The notes under the pieces: generated by a model | Seen by the model: the letters and a program-made list of their open reading frames with translations, nothing else | Told to the model about the DNA's origin: nothing | Databases searched by the model: none | Part shown: in pieces, positions 10,501 to 15,229 of the stretch | How the letters are laid out: each line of letters starts with the position of its first letter | How positions within the stretch are numbered: position 1 is the first letter of the stretch | Origin: Verrucomicrobiales bacterium | GTDB lineage: Bacteria > Verrucomicrobiota > Verrucomicrobiia > Verrucomicrobiales > V1-33 | DNA length: 35,986 nt | Direction of reading: 5' to 3' | NCBI GenBank assembly: GCA_031411295.1 | Contig: JANOAV010000013.1 | Span: forward strand, 1-35,986 | Made by a program: the position numbers and the translations under genes

Positions 10501-11344
10501 CACTGAGACCCCCATGAACCTCCGCGCTTCCTTTGATTACCTGCTCATCGCTGATCCCGCCAAGGCTTCCAGCGTCCTAGCCGGATTGCGTCTAACCGAA
10601 GTTATGTATAACCCTGCGTCTGATTCCGTGGAATACCTGGAATTCCGCAACACTGGCAGCACGCCGGTCAGCCTGCTGGGCGTAAATTTCCCAGCCACCA
10701 CGCCGTTTGCCGCCTATACCTTTGGCAATGAATCCCTCGCTCCGGGAGAATTCATCATCCTCACAGGAAATCCCGCTGGCTTCCGTCAGAAATACAGCGT
10801 CAGTCCCCGCCTCGCCATCAGCCCATGGTCCTCAGGTTCCCTCGATAACGGCGGAGAGCACATCATCGTCAACGATCCCGACGGCAATGCCATCCACGAC
10901 TTCACCTACGACGACGTCGCCCCGTGGCCCCTGACTCCAGACGGCCAGGGCCCATCCCTGGAAATCATCGACTACAATGGGGACTACAACAATCCCCTCA
11001 ACTGGCGCGCCTCTGCCAGCAGCGACGGCACCCCCGGCGGCACCACCCGCCTCACGGACCCCGACACTGATGGTGATGGCATCGCAGACTGGGTCGAAAA
11101 CGCCTTTGGCCTTGCCTCCAATTCCCCCGGCCAAAAGCCCCAAGCCACCACCAGCATGACCGCAGGACAGGTCACCATCGCCTGGCCATTCACCGCAGGG
11201 AAGAGCTATAACGTCGAATGGAGTTCAGACCTCCAAATCTGGCAAACGCTCGGCACTGTGACGGGAGCGGGCAGCCTGCCAGATCCCGCCAGTCCCACCG
11301 AAGGCCGTCGCTACTATCGGGTGACCGCCCTGCCGTATCCCTGA
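4532..11344 (+). CDS. Large secreted lamin-tail-domain / CotH-kinase / PKD / malectin-like protein (2270 aa)
   Basis: Signal peptide and repeated LTD starts (ILSEVMYNP, LINEV, LNEV, ISEIMYAP, LTEVMYNP, mostly ending in G(S/T)PG). CotH-like 'WDNF...KNGYVY...KWEFEFWDGDLDF', PKD-like 'SFDPEG...FSTPGIYTVTL' and malectin-like 'FRINCGG...ISAIEL'. DTDGDG Ca-binding motif and a C-terminal 'YNVEWSSDLQIW...RYYRV' tail. Confidence 0.85.
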   Translation: MKIPSRLLAGALLLAFPCLVQASHVILSEVMYNPAGTKAEWIEVTNTTTNRLDMAVWQLTSGASLTLPDFAAGTPTAHFLKERERIILSSKSAADTRLDYPNIPANVRIFGPWVGALDNAGEVISLRDKNGALLTQLDYGDSGRKWPTAPDGTGHSLVMINENKTLDDWHNWNSSPTIGGSPGSPDVQPTEEAINDPSASLPLVYSEAVPMTATWNFYKEVAAPPANWNALSFVPSAPWGSGPALLGFETAALPAPGLLTAVQTGDPGAGTNLLSYYFRKNFTWTGGAGGAQFQMDTILDDGATFYLNGTYIGNKDGLVNVVHNAVNATTTVTDATLVTNAVIGTIPPGLLQEGNNVLAAVGHQISLTSSDMIFGANLRLANAPAADLLINEVRQSGAGVGFIEFYNPGAVAINLQGYNLTDTSGAWTKFPITQSIVVPAGGLATIGLTESGFSSTIATLALYLSRPNGTPITGLVAALPQDGRSVGRKPAGSSSWYRFSQPTPGQPNSSASTASAATTTPNLNEVHFSSSTKADWVELANNQNAPMSLAGLALASNKAFTDKVNLTGSIPAHGYASATVNFALNTNGEATIYLLDASNNVLAEAQVQRRNGKSSTQAWPIGVNEWYPTTTATRDAINAPDRNSSIVISEIMYAPPSDHRQGEFIELTNRSGAAVSVGGWSFSSGISYTIPTGTSIAAGGRLVVAQDAAFITANYPAATVVGDYGGSLSNSGELIRLVDATGSLADEVDYQTGGDWPRQGDSLGSSIELINVNMDNDCGSSWAGSDDTQKGQWTAFSYSGFWSDQGPGGVATDRNEIHMNLTGDGHIVLRNISFTVNGTPTAIPATVSAANSGIDAWRVTGTHWATYGDAEGLHIVADGAGDMKGNAIEKDVPFTLTASTYGITFEARWVSGSSRLVMNSWDRTWGRTFAVPMPNGLGTPGAPNSRAAALAAPEIWSMLHSPAVPKATDNVIVTARVTSSLPLNAVSVWHRLDILAGNGAWTTSPMNDAGTGGDAVAGDGIYSATISSYKTEGAIAQFYIQASATGGGTATYPAGGASLPGMWIVDSSPVSSDLLVERFVVAQRDHDAMANGATATYNYRHPRMSNHYYNATFIVNEKEITYNVEARKSGSPWTRDGGNSMDRIRTKFPKDRMFRGREKTGADNDASDPGARRWNNRVDRYWLYLLGYPAAEAEFIQVQFNNLGLSLKDDTEPTDTDLLARTYDNPGSTELHEVDDAWYFTDDLIGEGRSQIDGNWQVDARWYDSAVFWQGSWPMRTQVERYDYSPLTSWIRTMYNNGITPANDAEDNTYRASVENQFDVDKFGRYAAVKAWAGSWDNFTINRGKNGYVYRRPTDGKWEFEFWDGDLDFANTGEAVLGGIAGTGVFFGRPWFRRSMNYYLQEIRDKWSLNSPRMYAWLQAMEDQSSSYDIVQDFYKTWFANRRTSIDAFIGTGNQTSPFTATASVGAATTLNFTNLTGTAPTQVSSITVTGHPEGVFRWLTASTWQITGIALRSGSNLLSITGTDRQGVTIGSTTVLVTKTGDAPPVLVIVSDPASMNASLGEAVVVDSTGSFDPEGTALTLAWSITPTSGVSITNSGATGKRYLFSTPGIYTVTLNGTDGAASVSSLARQITIYSTADFASFGSSLLLAPNLTATNTELRDNSSPTSSYSLEDSSGRLLLQVNEAAAAPLDSTTFPSITRPLPTTADWVMQTDVHLDARHLGGDFDTGLMVDTVENGLAVRYVYALETGDQVRVRRDDPNGVFYIPATGNPTPFRINCGGPQVTEADSRVWTADNYFLSNPATTTVAQSYVSTAQPNYTNVLDSRRTGISGGSITYEFPVPAWSYSLTLYSNVIASPSQTINMNVYINDGTAAAWSANSSSSIMRTFPISSVTRNGAGNIKINIAIVSATSTVGAQATISAIELVPIAPTAAVGLPALTPAPMTADSLRIQRSGNSLIFSRKVAGAWIVDQTQTLPTGTTAVKGGIFASTETPMNLRASFDYLLIADPAKASSVLAGLRLTEVMYNPASDSVEYLEFRNTGSTPVSLLGVNFPATTPFAAYTFGNESLAPGEFIILTGNPAGFRQKYSVSPRLAISPWSSGSLDNGGEHIIVNDPDGNAIHDFTYDDVAPWPLTPDGQGPSLEIIDYNGDYNNPLNWRASASSDGTPGGTTRLTDPDTDGDGIADWVENAFGLASNSPGQKPQATTSMTAGQVTIAWPFTAGKSYNVEWSSDLQIWQTLGTVTGAGSLPDPASPTEGRRYYRVTALPYP

Positions 11345-11441
11345 GGCGCTGGGAGGTCCTGAAGCGAAAATTTTCAGAGCGATGCTTCCAGAAGCGGTGG
11401 GCACTTCGTTGCGAAAAAAGCAAAAAAGCCGCAAAAATACC

Positions 11442-11469
11442 TTGCGCCCGAAAATGCGCCCCATATAGT
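11442..11469 (+). promoter_or_regulatory. Putative sigma70 promoter of the rpsJ operon
   Basis: TTGCGC (11442-11447), 16-bp spacer, TATAGT (11464-11469). Upstream A-tracts (about 11414-11437) are UP-element-like, and a GC-rich discriminator CCGGCCC follows. Confidence 0.6.
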
Positions 11470-11475
11470 CCGGCC

Positions 11476-11700
11476 CTCCTTCCTGGATCGACCTCAGTTT
11501 GCTTTAGCCGCTAATTGACCGATTTACAGAGGATTTATCGGGAAAGGCACCGGAAAAGAGCCTTTAATTGGCGATGCGCCACTCTGTTCTATTTAGGTCA
11601 GAGAAACACGGCATCGACATCCAGATAAATCCCGCGTGCCCGGACAGGATCAGTATCTAGTCGCCAATTAATCTCTCAAACCTAAAAAATCGTTCTTTAT
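11476..11700 (+). promoter_or_regulatory. Long structured 5' leader of rpsJ (candidate r-protein leader)
   Basis: Perfect complementary pairs TTAATTGGCGA (11564-11574)/TCGCCAATTAA (11661-11671) and GGATTTATC (11531-11539)/GATAAATCC (11624-11632). Confidence 0.45.
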
Positions 11701-12015
11701 ATGTCTTCGCAAAATCAGCGCATCCGCATCCGTCTCCGTGCTTATGACTATCGCGCCTTGGATAAATCCGTGAGTGAAATCGTGGATACCGCCAAGCGCA
11801 CCGGTGCCAAAGTTGCAGGACCTATCCCACTGCCCACCCGCATTGAGAAATTCAGCGTCAATCGTTCCCCGCACGTTGACAAAAAGAGTGTCGATCAATT
11901 CGAACTCCGCACCCACAAGCGCATCCTTGATATCGTAGATCCCACCGCTCGCACCGTGGATGAACTCAAGAAGCTCAACCTCCCCGCTGGTGTTGATATC
12001 ACCATCAAAATCTAA
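11701..12015 (+). CDS. rpsJ: 30S ribosomal protein S10
   Basis: [10 protein letters not shown]...GPIPLPT...[18 protein letters not shown]. Confidence 0.99.
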   Translation: MSSQNQRIRIRLRAYDYRALDKSVSEIVDTAKRTGAKVAGPIPLPTRIEKFSVNRSPHVDKKSVDQFELRTHKRILDIVDPTARTVDELKKLNLPAGVDITIKI

Positions 12016-12105
12016 TTTCACCAAACCCAGCCGCTCCGTAGTGCTTGTCTAAGTGCCACGCGATGCTGATCCACCCCAAACTAAAACCAACCTGCACCTA
12101 CCATT

Positions 12106-12819
12106 ATGATCGGTCTCGGAATACTCGGAAAAAAAATCGGCATGACTCACGTCTATGACGCCAATGGCAAAGCCATTACCGTCACAGCTGTGGATATCAG
12201 CGAATGTGACATTTTACAAATCAAGAAAAAGGAGACCGACGGCTATACAGCAGTGCAGGTGGGCCTGAGCAACAAGAAGGAAAGCCGCGTCACCAAAGGT
12301 GAGCTGGGCCACTTCAAGAAGCACAACAGCGCGCCGAAGTATTTCGTCCGCGAGTTCCGTCTCGAAAGCGACGCGGACATCCCTGCTGAAGGCACCAAGT
12401 TGGACGTGAATTTCTTCGCAGACGACCAATGGGTGGACGTCATCGGGATTTCCAAAGGTAAAGGCTTCCAAGGCGCCATGAAGTTGCACAACTTCAAAGG
12501 CCAGCGCCAAACCCACGGTTCCATGATGCACCGTCGGACGGGCGCTATCGGCTGTCGTCTGACTCCCGGTCGCGTTTGGAAAAACCAAAAGATGCCCTCC
12601 CATATGGGGATGGACCGGATCACTGTGCAAAACCTGAAGATCGTCGCCCGTCGGGAATCCGATGGCGTCCTCCTCATCAGCGGTAGCGTCCCCGGAGCCA
12701 ATGGCGGCATGGTCGTCATTCGTCCCTCCAAGAAAAAGGGCACCCACGCCGAGGAACTCGTCAAGACCGCCGCTCGCAAGGCTGCATATGATAAGGCCAC
12801 TGCCAAAACCAAGAAGTAA
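12106..12819 (+). CDS. rplC: 50S ribosomal protein L3
   Basis: GILGKKIGMT...DGYTAVQVG...SKGKGFQG...GSVPG. Confidence 0.99.
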   Translation: MIGLGILGKKIGMTHVYDANGKAITVTAVDISECDILQIKKKETDGYTAVQVGLSNKKESRVTKGELGHFKKHNSAPKYFVREFRLESDADIPAEGTKLDVNFFADDQWVDVIGISKGKGFQGAMKLHNFKGQRQTHGSMMHRRTGAIGCRLTPGRVWKNQKMPSHMGMDRITVQNLKIVARRESDGVLLISGSVPGANGGMVVIRPSKKKGTHAEELVKTAARKAAYDKATAKTKK

Positions 12820-12866
12820 TCAGTAATCCTACTTCATAAAATTTAACCCCAGCCGACCTCATTATT

Positions 12867-13478
12867 ATGTCAGCCCAAGTTCTTACAATCGATTCTGCGA
12901 AAGCAGCCAACCTCACCGTCGTGGAAGACGGACGCGGCACTCAAGCCGTTCATGACGCCATCGTCGCCATGCGAGCCGCCCGCCGTCAAGGCAGCGCCTG
13001 CGCCAAGACCCGTGGCGAAGTAGCCGGAAGTAACAAAAAGCCCTGGCGCCAAAAAGGCACCGGCCGTGCCCGTGCTGGTGAGCGTCGCTCCCCAGTCTGG
13101 GTCGGAGGCGGTGTTGTCTTCGGACCACGCCCTAGGGATTACACCAAAGACATCAACAAGAAGACCAAGAAACTGGCCTTCCGCAAAGCCCTCAGCGAGC
13201 GCATCAAAGCGTCCGACGTGGCCATGCTCCCCACCTTTGCCATTGCCGATGGCAAGACCAAGTCCTTCATCAAGGCCATCAGCGCCCTGACGGATGCCAC
13301 CAAGGTGCTCATCATCTCCTCCGCCTTCGATCAGAAGACCTTCCAAGCTGGCCGCAACCACGCCAAGGTCCTGCTCATGACGGCTGCCGAAGTGAATACG
13401 GAAAATCTCCTCTACTACGACAAGATTTTCATCACCAGCGATGCCCTCGAAACTCTCGTGCAGCGCACCGCCGCCTAA
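12867..13478 (+). CDS. rplD: 50S ribosomal protein L4
   Basis: [25 protein letters not shown]...[13 protein letters not shown]. Confidence 0.99.
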   Translation: MSAQVLTIDSAKAANLTVVEDGRGTQAVHDAIVAMRAARRQGSACAKTRGEVAGSNKKPWRQKGTGRARAGERRSPVWVGGGVVFGPRPRDYTKDINKKTKKLAFRKALSERIKASDVAMLPTFAIADGKTKSFIKAISALTDATKVLIISSAFDQKTFQAGRNHAKVLLMTAAEVNTENLLYYDKIFITSDALETLVQRTAA

Positions 13479-13513
13479 GCCCTTAACCTTCAGTTTAACA
13501 TAGAATCATCCAT

Positions 13514-13798
13514 ATGAAGGACATCTTTAGAACTATCAAAACCATCCGCTTGAGCGAAAAGGCGGCCCTCCTCGGTGAGAAGAACAACGAATTCGTGTTC
13601 GAAGTCGATACCAAGGCCAACAAGCTCGAAATCAAGCAAGCCATCACCCAAATCTTTGGGAAGAAAGTCATCGCAGTCCGCACGATGCAATATGACGGCA
13701 AAGCCCGCCGCAAGCGTCGTGCAGATGCTGGCACCACACCGAAATGGAAAAAAGCCGTCGTCCGTCTGGCCGCTGGTGAAACCATGGACCTCGCCTAA
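13514..13798 (+). CDS. rplW: 50S ribosomal protein L23
   Basis: SEKA...FVFEVDTKANKLEIKQAI...WKKAVVRL; position in the S10 operon. Confidence 0.98.
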   Translation: MKDIFRTIKTIRLSEKAALLGEKNNEFVFEVDTKANKLEIKQAITQIFGKKVIAVRTMQYDGKARRKRRADAGTTPKWKKAVVRLAAGETMDLA

Positions 13799-13834
13799 AC
13801 CCAACGCTTCAAACTTTAACCGTAGCACATTACC

Positions 13835-14677
13835 ATGGCGCTTAAAACCTTCCGACCCATCACCCCAGTTCAACGTTACAAGACGTTGCCAGGATTCGAT
13901 GAAATCACCAAATCCAAGCCCGAAAAGTCCCTCCTCGAAGTGCGCAAGCGCTCCGGTGGCCGGAACAATCAGGGTATCATCACCATGCGCCACATCGGCG
14001 GTGGCCATAAGAAGAAATATCGTATCATCGACTTCAAGCGCGCCAAGCAAGATTGTGCCGCCACCGTCGTCGGGATTGAATATGATCCAAACCGCTCCGC
14101 CCGGATCGCCCTCCTCAAGTATGAAGACGGCACCCTGGCCTACATCCTCGCCCCCAACGGACTCCAAGTCGGAGCCAAGTTGGTCTCCGGTGAGAAGGTA
14201 GCTCCAGATCTCGGCAACGCCCTCCCCCTCCGCAGCATCCCTCTGGGTGCCAGCGTCCACAACGTGGAACTGGTCAAAGGCCGCGGCGGCAAAGTGGCTC
14301 GTGCCGCTGGCCAGTCCGTCACCCTCAGCAACCGCGAAGGCGACTACGCTCTGGTGAAATTGTCCTCCGGTGAAATCCGTAAGATTCATGCTGATTGCTA
14401 CGCCACCATCGGTGTCGTGGGTAACTCGGAGCACATGAACGTCGTTTCCGGCAAAGCCGGTCGCACTCGCTGGCAAGGTGTCCGCCCAACCGTCCGTGGT
14501 ATGTGTATGAACCCTATCGATCACCCGAATGGTGGTGGTGAAGGTCGTTCCAAATCCGGTGGTGGTCGCAAGCACCTCAAAGGACCTTGGGGCCAACTCA
14601 AAGGTCAAAAGACCCGCAAGTGGAGCCACACGGACCAACTCATCGTGCAACGCCGCAATGCCAAGAAGGGCAAATAA
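13835..14677 (+). CDS. rplB: 50S ribosomal protein L2
   Basis: [17 protein letters not shown]...[13 protein letters not shown]...[19 protein letters not shown]. Confidence 0.99.
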   Translation: MALKTFRPITPVQRYKTLPGFDEITKSKPEKSLLEVRKRSGGRNNQGIITMRHIGGGHKKKYRIIDFKRAKQDCAATVVGIEYDPNRSARIALLKYEDGTLAYILAPNGLQVGAKLVSGEKVAPDLGNALPLRSIPLGASVHNVELVKGRGGKVARAAGQSVTLSNREGDYALVKLSSGEIRKIHADCYATIGVVGNSEHMNVVSGKAGRTRWQGVRPTVRGMCMNPIDHPNGGGEGRSKSGGGRKHLKGPWGQLKGQKTRKWSHTDQLIVQRRNAKKGK

Positions 14678-14728
14678 TCCTGTCCTTTCCTCACCACTTA
14701 ATTACCAATTTCTTAATTAACTAACATT

Positions 14729-15007
14729 ATGGGCAGATCCCTAAAAAAAGGTCCCTTCGTTGAGCAAAAGCTCCTCATCAAAGTGGACAAGATGAACGAA
14801 CAACCAATCAAGCGCCCGATCAAGACCTGGTCCCGCCGCAGCATGGTCATCCCCGACTTCGTCGGCCACACCTTCAACGTCCACAACGGTAAAGACTTTA
14901 TCGGCGTGTATGTCACCGAAAACATGGTCGGCCACAAGTTGGGTGAATTCGCCCCCACGCGGATTTTCAAAGGCCACGGTGCCCACACCGCCAAGGTCAG
15001 CAAGTAA
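14729..15007 (+). CDS. rpsS: 30S ribosomal protein S19
   Basis: [11 protein letters not shown]...IKTWSRRS...HNGK...[13 protein letters not shown]. Confidence 0.99.
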   Translation: MGRSLKKGPFVEQKLLIKVDKMNEQPIKRPIKTWSRRSMVIPDFVGHTFNVHNGKDFIGVYVTENMVGHKLGEFAPTRIFKGHGAHTAKVSK

Positions 15008-15030
15008 TCTTCTGATTACACCTCTTCCAG

Positions 15031-15066
15031 AAACGGCCACCTCCCAAGGGTGGCCGTTTTCTATTT
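15031..15066 (+). terminator. Intrinsic terminator immediately after rpsS
   Basis: AAACGGCCACC (15031-15041) / GGTGGCCGTTT (15049-15059) stem running into TTTTCTATTT. Confidence 0.85.
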
Positions 15067-15071
15067 CGGAG

Positions 15072-15090
15072 GGTGGACATTTTGTCCACC
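15072..15090. repeat. Second REP-like palindrome (GGTGGACA-TTT-TGTCCACC)
   Basis: Perfect 8-bp inverted repeat with a 3-nt loop, intergenic. Only one copy in the window. Confidence 0.4.
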
Positions 15091-15133
15091 AGTCTCACCC
15101 GATCTAGCCCGTTCGCCTAGTGGAAAACGGCGG

Positions 15134-15200
15134 AATGTGGAGCCGCCCGCTGGGCTGCTCATGCTGGATCAGCCCAGCGGGCTGATCCACGATCCACATT
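15134..15200. repeat. REP doublet (REPIN-like): family 1 copy B (+, 15137-15162) and copy C (-, 15165-15190)
   Basis: GTGGAGCCGCCCGCTGGGCTGCTCAT and, inverted, GTGGATCAGCCCGCTGGGCTGATCCA. Both align with copy A at 392-417. Outer AATGTGGA/TCCACATT inverted ends. Confidence 0.75.
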
Positions 15201-15229
15201 CTTTGACCGTATGGCCACTCTCCTATGGG

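Noticed and set aside
13490..14650. 386-aa antisense ORF over rplW/rplB (likewise 966-1871, 12214-12747, 12243-12812 and others)
   Set aside because: Shadow ORFs opposite well-supported genes, expected from codon bias, with no recognisable motifs.
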